Source of the DNA: a virus
Taxonomy: Duplodnaviria; Caudoviricetes
IMG/VR virus record: IMGVR_UViG_3300024518_002307
Coordinates: 1-50,438 of that record
Length of the DNA: 50,438 nt
Strand: one strand, 5' to 3'
A model generated the notes under the pieces. The model had not been told where the DNA came from, did no database searches, and worked only from the letters and a program-made list of their open reading frames with translations. Each line of letters begins with the position of its first letter. Position 1 is the stretch's first letter. The position numbers and the translations under genes were made by a program. Shown piece after piece: positions 16,350-25,873 of the stretch.

Positions 16350-18917
16350 CTATGGCAAGTACCACCTACCATATAGTGCGCCGGGTTCCTTGGGATTTTG
16401 CTCTATAATGAGCTGTTCCCGGAGCAGCATAGCTGCGGTAAAAATTAGCGACGAATTGGTTTCGTGTATGGTGAATTCACACTGTCCTGTGTTTAATCGG
16501 GGATGTATCATCCACCTACGCCAAAACGGGGGTGTACGCTGAGAAGCGTGGCTAACAAAATCAACCGTACCCCCGAGCGGGTTTGGAGACTCCCAGACGT
16601 CGTTACGAAAGGCCGAATAAATCGGACCACCTGTAATTCCAAAAAGAACAATGCCGGGAACTGGATCATCGATATCATCGATGTCGGAAGGCTTGTGCTG
16701 AATCTCTACAGGATAGGCGTACCCAATCCCTGTTGCCCACGATAAACCCATCGGATTCGCACCCAAGACATAATTAGCATTCGAAATCGCAGCATCACGG
16801 TACTTCGCATCTCCGGTCATCTCGTACGCAATGAAGAGCGAACGGTTGTAGTTCGTTAACACGGTATTACCCCAAGCCGCAAAGAAATCCTGCCGTCTAG
16901 GCCACGTCATGGCATAGGGTGCGTCATCTACATGTGCAACAAGCGCATCTGCGTCATTGATAAACCAAGTCGTCCATGTCGCAGCTAAAGAAGGTAACTC
17001 TTCGGCTGCTTCTATGATGCTGAAGAAAATCCACGGAGACCAGTCCTTATGCGTAAACTTCCACTCGAATGGAAAATGAGATGTGGACTCCAACTCTAGA
17101 ACACTTGGGGCATCGGTTAAGTATGACGTATCCTTGGTCAACAGGTAGAGCCGCAGCTTGGCGTGCATCAGGTACGGCGTGATGTATTCGTCCAATTCTG
17201 TCCACTCGATTGTATATGGAGTACCGGAACCTCGATTCTCGGCCGCGTGAATGATTGTCGCTCCCAGGGAGTTGGCAGGATTGTTCCCGAACGCGTAGGC
17301 GTCTTCTGCCGAGGCTCGATACAGTGCCGCGTCTGCAGCGTCGTAGGGGGCGACTAGCTGCGCGTACTGAGCTGCAGCAGCGGCAAATATAAGTGAAGTC
17401 CATCGAGTGCGCTGTGCGAACGCATAGTCAACTCTACCATTACCAGTTTCCGCATCGATGTCTGGATGCGTCCACGTCTCCAACATCCCTGAGACGCCAC
17501 CGTCTGCCTCCTGACTGAGCCGCCACAACTCCAATCCGTGGCGAACCTCATTCAAGATGTCGGGAATCCCATCTCCCGACTCTGGAATGTTGAGCTGCAT
17601 GTCCTGCAAACTTGGATTAAGGGCGAAGGCATGTAACAAATCGAAGACGATCGTATAATGGCCCTGGTTGGAGTCCCAATCAGCAGCATCGTGCCATCCT
17701 CCAGAAGCCTCAGGGGTGCTCCTCGTATAGTCGATGGAGGCACCGATGACATCGAATCTGTCGTAGCCGGGAGGGTTACCCGAATGCGGAGGAAACTGAA
17801 CGTGCTCTGATTCGTAGAACAAAGGCCCCCTCACCGCTTTACGACGTGGCCAATTCGTTCGCTCCTCCTCAATGGGCACGCCTGCCCGTTGCAGGTAGAG
17901 CCCCCGTGCCATCGTATGAAAAACAGGTGCATATGCCGACGCATCATGCCGAAACGGCCACGACCTTCCGATCCCCGGAACGCTGATAAAAAAGACACCC
18001 TCCTGGGTCATCGAAGTAAAGTCTGCGACGTAGACATCCTCGCCATACATCATATCAGTGTTTGTCGGCGGCTCAAACTGAGGATTGGCTTCAAGTAGTG
18101 ATATGTCACCGGTGAACACCACCTCGTGATTCGTCGCGTCTATCACCTCGAACGTGGTGGCGTGCGAAAGATCCAAGGGTCCAAACTGGTACAAGTATGC
18201 ACCCAGATACGCACGCTTCTGCCCAGCATCGGGCAAATATCCGACCTGGTTTACCTTGATGGCGCGCGACACAGTGTACAGACGGTCGAATAGAAAAGTG
18301 ACGCTCTTGTCTTCGTTCAAGGCAATCGTGTACGTCGCCCCGTCTTGCATTGGGGTTGGAAGTTCCAAATAGGCGTAGACGTTATAGTTCGCGGTAAATG
18401 TCCCACCATATTTCCTGTCATCACCTTCTGAAACATAGAGACGGTCTGCTAAAGTCGGCGCCACTGGCGCCACATAATTGTCGTCATCGACGCTCGTGAC
18501 CGTGTAGTGGCTGGTCTGACTCAACAAAAGCTCACCGACATCGAGACGAGCCTGTGCGATGTGCTCATCCCGCGTCGTCCACCTGCGGTTGTAGGCAGCC
18601 CAATTTGGGCTGGAGGTCTCCCGAGTACTGAGCCACATTTCGATATCCTGCACAAACAATCCATCAGAGGCGTTATCGATTTCGGCAACAAGTTCATCGA
18701 GCTTGTTCACAACAACGATGACCCAGCGCTCGTCTAAGACGAGCAGTTGCTCAACGCCGTTGAGAGTCGGCTCATGGAAATGAGGGACAGGGAACGCTAT
18801 TGGTGGGGGCGTAGGTGGTTGTACTGGTGGACTGATCACAATTAAGGAACAGGCATAAGAAGCAACAACAAGCAGAACAGATACAACTATATACTTGATT
18901 AAATCTCTACATCTCAT
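16350..18917 (-). CDS. Glycoside hydrolase family 9 (endoglucanase-like) with Ig-like domain and N-terminal membrane anchor
   Basis: IKVNQVGYLP (CelD-type Ig domain), GGWHDAAD, IPDILNEVRHGL, YVLGANPMGLSWATG, CEFTI. Confidence 0.9.
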   Translation of the reverse strand: MRCRDLIKYIVVSVLLVVASYACSLIVISPPVQPPTPPPIAFPVPHFHEPTLNGVEQLLVLDERWVIVVVNKLDELVAEIDNASDGLFVQDIEMWLSTRETSSPNWAAYNRRWTTRDEHIAQARLDVGELLLSQTSHYTVTSVDDDNYVAPVAPTLADRLYVSEGDDRKYGGTFTANYNVYAYLELPTPMQDGATYTIALNEDKSVTFLFDRLYTVSRAIKVNQVGYLPDAGQKRAYLGAYLYQFGPLDLSHATTFEVIDATNHEVVFTGDISLLEANPQFEPPTNTDMMYGEDVYVADFTSMTQEGVFFISVPGIGRSWPFRHDASAYAPVFHTMARGLYLQRAGVPIEEERTNWPRRKAVRGPLFYESEHVQFPPHSGNPPGYDRFDVIGASIDYTRSTPEASGGWHDAADWDSNQGHYTIVFDLLHAFALNPSLQDMQLNIPESGDGIPDILNEVRHGLELWRLSQEADGGVSGMLETWTHPDIDAETGNGRVDYAFAQRTRWTSLIFAAAAAQYAQLVAPYDAADAALYRASAEDAYAFGNNPANSLGATIIHAAENRGSGTPYTIEWTELDEYITPYLMHAKLRLYLLTKDTSYLTDAPSVLELESTSHFPFEWKFTHKDWSPWIFFSIIEAAEELPSLAATWTTWFINDADALVAHVDDAPYAMTWPRRQDFFAAWGNTVLTNYNRSLFIAYEMTGDAKYRDAAISNANYVLGANPMGLSWATGIGYAYPVEIQHKPSDIDDIDDPVPGIVLFGITGGPIYSAFRNDVWESPNPLGGTVDFVSHASQRTPPFWRRWMIHPRLNTGQCEFTIHETNSSLIFTAAMLLREQLIIEQNPKEPGALYGRWYLP

Positions 18918-18919
18918 CT

Positions 18920-19528
18920 CTAGTTTCCTTCATCATTCACAACCCCAATTCCATCTACAACCGTTGCCTCGCCTACAATAATAGGTTTCTTAGCCTTGAT
19001 ATCCTTTGACAGTTCCTTGAACGCATCCGTGAGTTCCTTCATCTTGGTCGGAGTATCCGTCTTACCGCTTATGCTCGTCGGATCTCCTCTGATCAGATTA
19101 CGCTTATCATACAGTATTCCGAGTGTTACTGTCAACTCCCTTAGCGACAGCGGCTTGTGAGCAAACCCATCCTCGGTACTCTCATCCGGCATGGGTATGC
19201 CGTCTACGTAGATAATCTCTCCGAGAGCGATTCTATCGCTTACCTTCTCGATAGCTGTGTGAATGATGTTTGTCATCACACCATCCAGCTCTTCCTGCTT
19301 CTCTCGTCGGCAAGCCTCTGCTGCCTCGTCCCACCAATCCGATTGCTTCCAGCAACGGATTTTATCAGCGGATACGCCACAAAGCCTCTCTGCCTGGAAG
19401 GATGTACCCGTTAGTACAAATGCCATCACTGCGGCTATCTTCTGCTCTGGAGTGTACGTACTCCGGGGATGGTGAAGAGAGTCCAAATCCATGTTCTTGA
19501 GCAGATTACTCTGCTTCTTCTTAGGCAT
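18920..19528 (-). CDS. terS: Terminase small subunit
   Basis: N-terminal HTH (YTPEQK...IRCWKQSDWW) and GILYDKRNLIRGDPTSI. Confidence 0.8.
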   Translation of the reverse strand: MPKKKQSNLLKNMDLDSLHHPRSTYTPEQKIAAVMAFVLTGTSFQAERLCGVSADKIRCWKQSDWWDEAAEACRREKQEELDGVMTNIIHTAIEKVSDRIALGEIIYVDGIPMPDESTEDGFAHKPLSLRELTVTLGILYDKRNLIRGDPTSISGKTDTPTKMKELTDAFKELSKDIKAKKPIIVGEATVVDGIGVVNDEGN

Positions 19529-19682
19529 TCGTAGCTTCTGCCCTTTCTTTTAGTCGGGTCAGAATCTGGAGTACAACCTTTGTTGGTATTTCGTCAGTTC
19601 CGCTTTCGCTCACTGCCTTAATCGCTGCTTCTATTGCCTGCTCAGCACTTAGATTAGACCACACACCTTCTCTTATCTTCAT
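19521..19682 (-). CDS. Small hypothetical protein, first gene of the late arm
   Basis: My translation: MKIREGVWSNLSAEQAIEAAIKA...; GAGGA RBS; overlaps the TerS start. Confidence 0.55.
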   Translation of the reverse strand: MKIREGVWSNLSAEQAIEAAIKAVSESGTDEIPTKVVLQILTRLKERAEATNA

Positions 19683-19898
19683 TAGGCTTTTTCCTCTTTC
19701 AATCGGGTACTCTTCTTAAAAACTCTATGTTCTACTGTACCTCCAACACTTATGACCCGTGTGTTGTCGGTACCGAGTACCTTAACAGATTTTACCATAA
19801 AAGTAAAATCACTCTGTTCGAATACTCCTTCGGTCGGTTTCGGCGTTGCCTACTCCCTCAGGAGTATGTACATAGCCACTCTTAAGAGCAGACAGTAC

Positions 19899-19927
19899 CT
19901 TATACTACATTTCTCGTATCAAGTCAA
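19899..19927 (-). promoter_or_regulatory. sigma70 promoter for the TerS/GH9 operon
   Basis: TTGACT-17 nt-TATAAG. Confidence 0.7.
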
Positions 19928-19941
19928 CGACTTTCTTCTCG

Positions 19942-19963
19942 AAATGTGAAGTACCTCACAATA
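19942..19963. promoter_or_regulatory. CRP-type binding site
   Basis: AAA-TGTGA-AGTACC-TCACA-ATA, matching the TGTGA-N6-TCACA core exactly. Confidence 0.7.
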
Positions 19964-21077
19964 ACAAGGCATATCTGTACTCTAAAACCCTTGACACCCT
20001 CTATACCCTAGAGGGTATATTCGGGTATATATGTACTAAATCTAGCCGAAGGCACCTCAGTTTGCCGCGTATATTAGAGTTTGCTAATATACTAAATTAT
20101 GTATATACCTCTGGGGCGGGAGCAAGTAGGTGCTCCGCGCCCGTCCTCCGTGCTCGCCGCCATACAAGCGGCTGCCTGCACGGAGTAGCGCTAGGGCGCT
20201 GTGTTAGGGCCTACGCTGTAGGGTGGGAACTAATATACGGCTTCACTTCGTTCCAGGCGTATGCCGTGCTGCGCACGGGGTTACGATCCCAGATTGGGTA
20301 GGATCATACCCATAATGAGCATTTGAATAAGTGTACTTGTTTTTCAGGATTTTTCAAAAAAATAAAAATTGTGTGCAAGTATGTTCTGGTGGCTTCCCCC
20401 CCAATTCTTCTCTTCTTCTCCACTTTGGGGAAGGGGGCGTAGGGTCTCTAAAAGGAAAGCATTCTTTCTGCGAACCATTATCATCTGTACTTGTGTTGCA
20501 GTGCAGCATCCCCTCTGTCTACATGAGAATGAATCGCATGTACCTACCCCATGCATGCGTGCCTGATTGCAGGCTGTACCAAGGTAGGCAGGGGTAAGTG
20601 TACTTAGTACACTATTAGGTTGATGAGCGTTGAGGAGAGGGGGAGAGACGCACATAGAATAAACTAATGCCTATCATCAATATCATTAATAGACAATAAG
20701 TGTCAGGATGTGACACAACAGCTTGTCACAATGTGACCATTTGTGTCCGTTGCGCATACACAACAGCATACACAACGCACGTTCTGATTACCTTTCCCGA
20801 ACTGGCACGGGGAATGCTTGGATATTAAGTGAGACGAAACAAACACTCTCCATGCTCGCCGCAGAGCGGCTGTGCGTGGAGTCCGCGCTACCGCACGGAA
20901 AGGACAAACATAAATGACCTATGCTCGAGAACGTGACGCACTACTCGATAGCCCGTGCACACACGATAGCCTTAAACAGGCAATCCGACTGCTCGACACT
21001 GTCGATTGCGTAGACGCAGCAATGAATGCCGATATACTGGCTCAACTGATGAAACGTCGAGTAGACGAGGCTTTCGC

Positions 21078-21332
21078 ATGAAGTACCGACACAACAAACC
21101 AATTTACAATCGTCAGGACTGGGTTCTTTGTACTTGCGATGATTGCGGCGAATACAATTATGTAGAGCCGCATGGAACTACTGCCGAGTGTAAATGTGAT
21201 TCTAATCAAGAGACGGAGCATTCAAACATCCCATATAGTTGCCGTGACATAAGCGGTTGCTACCTGGTCAGCCGCGTTGCCATGCCACAAAGAGCGGTTT
21301 GCACGCGGACAAAATGCCCTATACGCTGCTAA
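21078..21332 (+). CDS. Cys-rich early protein
   Basis: ATG 21078; CDDC and CKC motifs. Confidence 0.5.
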   Translation: MKYRHNKPIYNRQDWVLCTCDDCGEYNYVEPHGTTAECKCDSNQETEHSNIPYSCRDISGCYLVSRVAMPQRAVCTRTKCPIRC

Positions 21333-21359
21333 TTGAGCAGTTAATCGAGCGAGACGATA

Positions 21360-21608
21360 ATGCCTATTAAAACATTCGAACTTTCACTGCCAACGCATTG
21401 GGCTTCCTACCTGATCAACGGCGATGCCTCAAGCTTTAGCTTGTATGATGATGGTGATGATGAAATTGCACGCATAGACGCACTAATAAACGATTGCGGA
21501 GGCTATTGCATAGACGTTAGCGAAGAAAGTGAATTTCGGCATGCATCTTACGATGCTCCGGGGGAACTGGCAAACGACTACGCAACCTATACATTTATCG
21601 AGAATTGA
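21360..21608 (+). CDS. Conserved phage early protein
   Basis: LPTHWASYLINGDAS motif, common in phage early regions. Confidence 0.65.
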   Translation: MPIKTFELSLPTHWASYLINGDASSFSLYDDGDDEIARIDALINDCGGYCIDVSEESEFRHASYDAPGELANDYATYTFIEN

Positions 21609-21611
21609 ATT

Positions 21612-21851
21612 ATGAACACACTAAAACGTAAGCTTTTATTGGAAGGTGCCGTGATGAACATTCAACGTGCAAACTACGCAGCGGCACGAGGTAAAGTAAC
21701 CCATGCAAACCAGCACCCTTCCCGGTTGCGTGCCTCCGGTACTAAGCGCGGCGATCTCATGAATGAATGCCGTACAGCTAAGCGGGAGCTTAGGGCACAG
21801 TGTGTGCGCGTACATGTGCTGTTAAGGACAATCCAAGGGGTGCGGACGTGA
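21612..21851 (+). CDS. Hypothetical early protein
   Basis: 79-aa ORF in an operon run. Confidence 0.5.
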   Translation: MNTLKRKLLLEGAVMNIQRANYAAARGKVTHANQHPSRLRASGTKRGDLMNECRTAKRELRAQCVRVHVLLRTIQGVRT

Positions 21852-22105
21852 TCTGCTTCAGCAACCTACCCAAGTTCGAACATGATTGCGATCATTGCAT
21901 CTTTTTAGGTCACGTGTGCGACCATGATCTGTACTACCACGCAGGTACGCGAACGAGTAAAAACACGTATCCAGGCGAAACCGTAATTGCTCGCTGGGGA
22001 AATTCGGGAAGTGAGTATTCCTCAGGTAGAGAATTTGCCAAAGGTATACACGCACATCTAACTATTGCACTCCAGCTTGCACGCATAGGAGGCCATAAAA
22101 CGTGA
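21848..22105 (+). CDS. Conserved phage early protein
   Basis: PKFEHDCDHCIFLG...DLYY...TVIARWG..EYSSG; GTGA overlap. Confidence 0.65.
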   Translation: MICFSNLPKFEHDCDHCIFLGHVCDHDLYYHAGTRTSKNTYPGETVIARWGNSGSEYSSGREFAKGIHAHLTIALQLARIGGHKT

Positions 22106-22374
22106 GTAGGTTATGCGAAGCGTACACACGCGGCGGCGGTACTCAACTTGTAACATTCGACCGTGGTTCACTTGTTGCCAATAAATCAGCGTTACACACA
22201 CTCACAAAGGAATATGGGCTACCGTCCGTTGATCTGTCAACGCTGCGTATGCGGGAATACTATCCGCGCTATATCAAGGACCAAGAAGCGACGAGCGCAG
22301 CACAAAAGGAGCGGGAGCGTACCCCCGCCCTTGAGGGCGGAACACTCGCGCAGCAAAGCGAGCAAGTGTTATGA
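22102..22374 (+). CDS. Hypothetical early protein
   Basis: GGAGG RBS and GTGA overlap. Confidence 0.5.
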   Translation: MSRLCEAYTRGGGTQLVTFDRGSLVANKSALHTLTKEYGLPSVDLSTLRMREYYPRYIKDQEATSAAQKERERTPALEGGTLAQQSEQVL

Positions 22375-22500
22375 TAGTCACAGCTATCACAATCTGCGCC
22401 TTCACCGTCGTAATGCTCAGCGGCGAAATCATTAAATACTATCGGCCGGGATTACTTCGACCTGCCAGCAAGTTATAACCCTTCCTTTCCTCCTCCTTTT

Positions 22501-22529
22501 AGCCCCATTCTGATATGGGGTTTTTCTTT
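22501..22529 (+). terminator. Rho-independent terminator
   Basis: agccccat-tctgat-atggggtt followed by tttcttt. Confidence 0.75.
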
Positions 22530-22649
22530 GCCTATCTTTCCCCAATTCGATCAGATCGTAGCCTTAACACCTAATTCTTGCTCGTCTAAGCTCGCCTGAG
22601 CACTTATCTCGACCTACCCCTACCCTTACCATTGCCCAAATCACAGGCA

Positions 22650-22675
22650 AAAAGAGCCCCGCTCAAGGCGGGGCT
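22650..22675 (-). terminator. Rho-independent terminator, convergent with the 22501 terminator
   Basis: Reverse complement AGCCCCGC-CTTGA-GCGGGGCT-CTTTT. Confidence 0.75.
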
Positions 22676-22880
22676 AAGGTTGGTGCGCTTGTCGAAACTG
22701 TTAACTGTTGTAAGATTCCGCGCAGCTATCTTCGCAGAATCGTTGGCCTTTCTCTTCTGGCTTAAATTTGGAACCACACCATTTACACTCTACGCTGTAA
22801 TCCTGCCAAGCTATCGGACATCCGTGCTCGTGGCAGTAAATGCCGTTTATCATTAAAGCTTCACATTGTGTGCACATCAT

Positions 22881-23087
22881 TTACTCCATTACTGTTCTGC
22901 GACTGGTGTTACAGTACAACGGTTGCTCGTGTACCCGTTCATACCCTTCGAACCATACACCAGGGCACAGAGTATTCGGATGTGAGCAGTGAGCTTGTGC
23001 TTGTTCCAGGGTTAACCCGCGATGCATTACTTTCCGACGCGCCAGACCACCATGCTTGTAAAAGGAATATCTGATTATCTGATACAT
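22881..23087 (-). CDS. Conserved phage early protein
   Basis: GLTLEQAQAHC...WFEGY motif. Confidence 0.6.
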   Translation of the reverse strand: MYQIIRYSFYKHGGLARRKVMHRGLTLEQAQAHCSHPNTLCPGVWFEGYERVHEQPLYCNTSRRTVME

Positions 23088-23377
23088 TATTCTATATCCT
23101 CCAATAGAGCTTGCGCAATCTCATACCAATTTACCTCATGCAGCGCACCATTGAATATATCAGCGAAAAAGGAAGCTTGATCAGGCATCCATTCTTCCGC
23201 TAATTGTTCAAAATACTGCTCTATCTCTTTGCCCAAATCATAAGCATTCGCACCATTGGCCGCTTGATGCTGTGCCATTTCCTGGAAATAGTGATAACTG
23301 CCTTCATCGTTATCCATCCACAGCTTGCAGTTCCACGTTTCGTAATTAGTCCAGCCGTTGTATCTACTCATTTCCAA
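23087..23377 (-). CDS. Conserved phage protein (YNGWTNYETW family)
   Basis: YNGWTNYETW...VNWYEIA. Confidence 0.75.
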   Translation of the reverse strand: MEMSRYNGWTNYETWNCKLWMDNDEGSYHYFQEMAQHQAANGANAYDLGKEIEQYFEQLAEEWMPDQASFFADIFNGALHEVNWYEIAQALLEDIE

Positions 23378-23601
23378 GTGTCCATTGGATAAAACTGCAT
23401 ACGATAGACAACAAACTCCCCTTTCCTTTTCATTAACTTATTTTGTTTGTTCATTACGTCGCGTGCTTTCCACGCGGCCTTTTGTGTTGCGTGTGTTTCG
23501 ACAGCACGAGCAAACAGATCATTGAATTTGATAGCGACGATATAATCATCGTTTGCATTGCAAGCATTCTCGTTTATATCAAGTGGCATGTTTATATTCA
23601 T
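23368..23601 (-). CDS. Hypothetical protein
   Basis: 77-aa ORF with an AAGGA RBS. Confidence 0.5.
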   Translation of the reverse strand: MNINMPLDINENACNANDDYIVAIKFNDLFARAVETHATQKAAWKARDVMNKQNKLMKRKGEFVVYRMQFYPMDTWK

Positions 23602-23633
23602 ACACTGGTATTCCTTTTTAATAGCAGGGTTAC

Positions 23634-24338
23634 TTACAAGCCTAAAGCTCCAAGAACTTTTATTAGCTTTTCGAAATCATTCCAATTACCACCCATATTC
23701 TCAATTTGCTCGCGTGTAAACGCTCGCCATTTTTTTGCGGTATATTGCTTACATCCTATCGATACATACTTATCCCCTACAATTACAGTATAAAAAGGAC
23801 CAGTGATAACAATGGGGGATTTTTTGCAGTTTTCATCCCCAAACACCTCAGCATTCCCAAACACCCGAGCATCCCCAGACACCCGAGCATCCCCATACAC
23901 CCGAGCATTCCCATACACCTCAGCATCCCCAAACACCCAAGCATTCCCAAACACCCGAGCATTCCCATACACCTCAGCATCCCCAAACACCTGAGCATCC
24001 CCAAACACCTCAGCATCCCCAAACACCTGAGCATTCCCAAACACCCGAGCATCCCCATACACCCGAGCATCCCCAAACACCTGAGCATTCCCAAACACCC
24101 GAGCATCCCCATACACCCGAGCATCCCCATACACCCGAGCATTCCCATACACCTCAGCATCCCCAAACACCCAAGCATTCCCACTTTGATTTAAATTGTT
24201 TTCACTTTCGACAAAACCTCCAGTCTCTCCTTTTTTCACTGTACCAAAAGAAATCAAAGCACGAATTCTGTAAAGCGTTTTTGTACCAAAGACAATTTTG
24301 GTTTCACTCGTAAGTTCGTATTTATTAGGTGTATTCAT
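23634..24338 (-). CDS. Hexapeptide-repeat (left-handed beta-helix-like) protein
   Basis: KYELT...LYRIRAL...[10 protein letters not shown] head followed by about 19 G[ND]A[RQEW]V[FYS] repeats. Confidence 0.85.
   Translation of the reverse strand: MNTPNKYELTSETKIVFGTKTLYRIRALISFGTVKKGETGGFVESENNLNQSGNAWVFGDAEVYGNARVYGDARVYGDARVFGNAQVFGDARVYGDARVFGNAQVFGDAEVFGDAQVFGDAEVYGNARVFGNAWVFGDAEVYGNARVYGDARVSGDARVFGNAEVFGDENCKKSPIVITGPFYTVIVGDKYVSIGCKQYTAKKWRAFTREQIENMGGNWNDFEKLIKVLGALGL
23834..24181. repeat. 18-bp coding tandem repeat
   Basis: Variants of gcat(c/t)ccc(a/aa)acacc(cga/tca/tga) with 18-nt period. Confidence 0.9.
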
Positions 24339-24628
24339 ATTTTATCCCCTACAAATGTAGATATGAAATGATTAGATGACAGCATTGTTGCCGTGTAGTT
24401 ATCCAGGGAGATAAGGAACGCGGGACAATCCCTTCCGTTAAGTTGTGTGTATTGAGGCAATCGAGCAGTAGCCTGTCTCAGGTTGCTCGGTTCACTTCCG
24501 TATAGATACAAATGAGCAGCGGGATAGACAATACCCGTATAGATCAATGCTCGCGACTGGTTGGTAAGTTGCGGAACATTACTTACCAGAGATAGTGCGA
24601 GTTTTACTTGCTTTTCTAAGTTATCCAT
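24335..24628 (-). CDS. Hypothetical protein
   Basis: 97-aa ORF overlapping both neighbours. Confidence 0.55.
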   Translation of the reverse strand: MDNLEKQVKLALSLVSNVPQLTNQSRALIYTGIVYPAAHLYLYGSEPSNLRQATARLPQYTQLNGRDCPAFLISLDNYTATMLSSNHFISTFVGDKI

Positions 24629-25349
24629 TATGTGTGGCTCTTACCATGCGCACTAGTCGTGCGTTTTGTTTAGACTCCGCAGCAGACTCCGCAGCAAACT
24701 TCGCAGCAGACCCCGCAGCAGACCTCGTAGCAGACCACGCTGCAGACTCCGCAGCAGACTCCGCAGCAGACCTCGTCGCTGCAGACCACGCTGCAGACCA
24801 CGCAGCAAACTCCGCAGCAAACTCCGCAGCAGACTTCGCAGCAAACTTCGCAGCAGACCACGCAGCAAACTCCGCAGCAGACCACGCAGCAGACTCCGCA
24901 GCAAACTTCGCAGCAGACCACGCAGCAAACTCCGCAGCAGACCACGCAGCAGACTCCGCAGCAAACTTCGCAGCAGACCCCGCAGCAGACTCCGCAGCAA
25001 AATCGCCCCTAAGCCATTGAAGCACTATCGATGGACAATCCCAAGCATCTACAACATCCAACGCACATAACCGCGCAAACTTTCGTAACAACTCCTCACC
25101 ACCGACACGCCATAAAATAGTGCGGTAACCACACACTAATTTATCGTTACCCTTTTCCATAATGGTATCGCAATCAACCCGGCAGATTGTAGAACCGGGT
25201 GCGTATTTCAAAGCATCGATTAATCTTATTGACGCATGTAACCCCGATTCACACATCTTGATATTGCCGTTATAGGCAAGCAATTCCCCATCGGCAGGGA
25301 TAGGGCCACCATTGCGAAGTGTGTCGCCAACAAAATGCCAAGCCTTCAT
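24621..25349 (-). CDS. Phage protein with Ala-rich tetrapeptide repeats
   Basis: CESGLHAS...ALKYAPG, LRKFARLCA head followed by AA[EWK][SF] repeats. Confidence 0.8.
   Translation of the reverse strand: MKAWHFVGDTLRNGGPIPADGELLAYNGNIKMCESGLHASIRLIDALKYAPGSTICRVDCDTIMEKGNDKLVCGYRTILWRVGGEELLRKFARLCALDVVDAWDCPSIVLQWLRGDFAAESAAGSAAKFAAESAAWSAAEFAAWSAAKFAAESAAWSAAEFAAWSAAKFAAKSAAEFAAEFAAWSAAWSAATRSAAESAAESAAWSATRSAAGSAAKFAAESAAESKQNARLVRMVRATHNG
24673..25000. repeat. 12-bp coding tandem repeat
   Basis: cgcagcagactc / cgcagcaaactt / cgcagcagacca units. Confidence 0.9.
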
Positions 25350-25452
25350 CCGAATACCTCATCTTGGCAGATCTGACACATTCCCAGCGATTTGTTACTA
25401 GACTCAGCCATTAGAATTCTCCTTCATTTCAATTAGTTACCTCAGCTCGCGA

Positions 25453-25590
25453 ATTATAACACACGCTATTGATTCCCGTCACCTGTTCATTTCACATCCC
25501 CGTTCACAAGTTAAACTTGTTCATTTCTAACAAATCCAAACATTGAACAAAGCTCCAGGGTTGACAAAGCCGCTCGAATCTGAAATTATC
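25453..25590. promoter_or_regulatory. Divergent promoter region
   Basis: Minus strand extended -10 TGTTATAAT (25453-25461); plus strand TTGACA at 25561 with a weak -10. Confidence 0.5.
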
Positions 25591-25660
25591 GCGTTTCGGT
25601 TCCTACCGTTTTTAAGGTTTTTAAGGAAAACGGTAAGAATTCATACCTTTTTAAGGAGCT

Positions 25661-25870
25661 GTGATTATGATACCTAAATATCCCGATGTGGTAGTACAAT
25701 TAACAGGAGAAGATGGCAATGCTTTTAGCATTATGGGAACAGTTTCCCGAGAACTGCAAAAACAAGCCAAAGTAGACCAGTCTGTTGTAGATGATTACAT
25801 GGAGGAATCTATGGCTGGCGATTACTATAGTCTGTTAAAAACTGCTATGAAATGGGTAACAGTACTTTAG
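25661..25870 (+). CDS. Conserved phage protein
   Basis: VQLTGEDGNAFSIMG...GDY motif; AAGGAG RBS. Confidence 0.75.
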   Translation: MIMIPKYPDVVVQLTGEDGNAFSIMGTVSRELQKQAKVDQSVVDDYMEESMAGDYYSLLKTAMKWVTVL

Positions 25871-25873
25871 AAC

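Noticed and set aside
19752-20917. Short ORFs in the divergence region
   Set aside because: Low-complexity translations without RBS that overlap promoter and hairpin elements; treated as non-coding.
21047-21075. CTGATGA followed by a short hairpin, resembling a hammerhead ribozyme core
   Set aside because: No GAAA follows stem II and I could not find stems I and III; the stretch reads as a small ORF (MNADILAQLMKRRVDEAFA).
23706-25070. Long alternative-frame ORFs (KHPSIP, GMLGC, SRLRS, VCCG repeats) and a CRISPR-like appearance
   Set aside because: These are by-products of the 18-bp and 12-bp coding repeats. There are no unique spacers and no cas genes.
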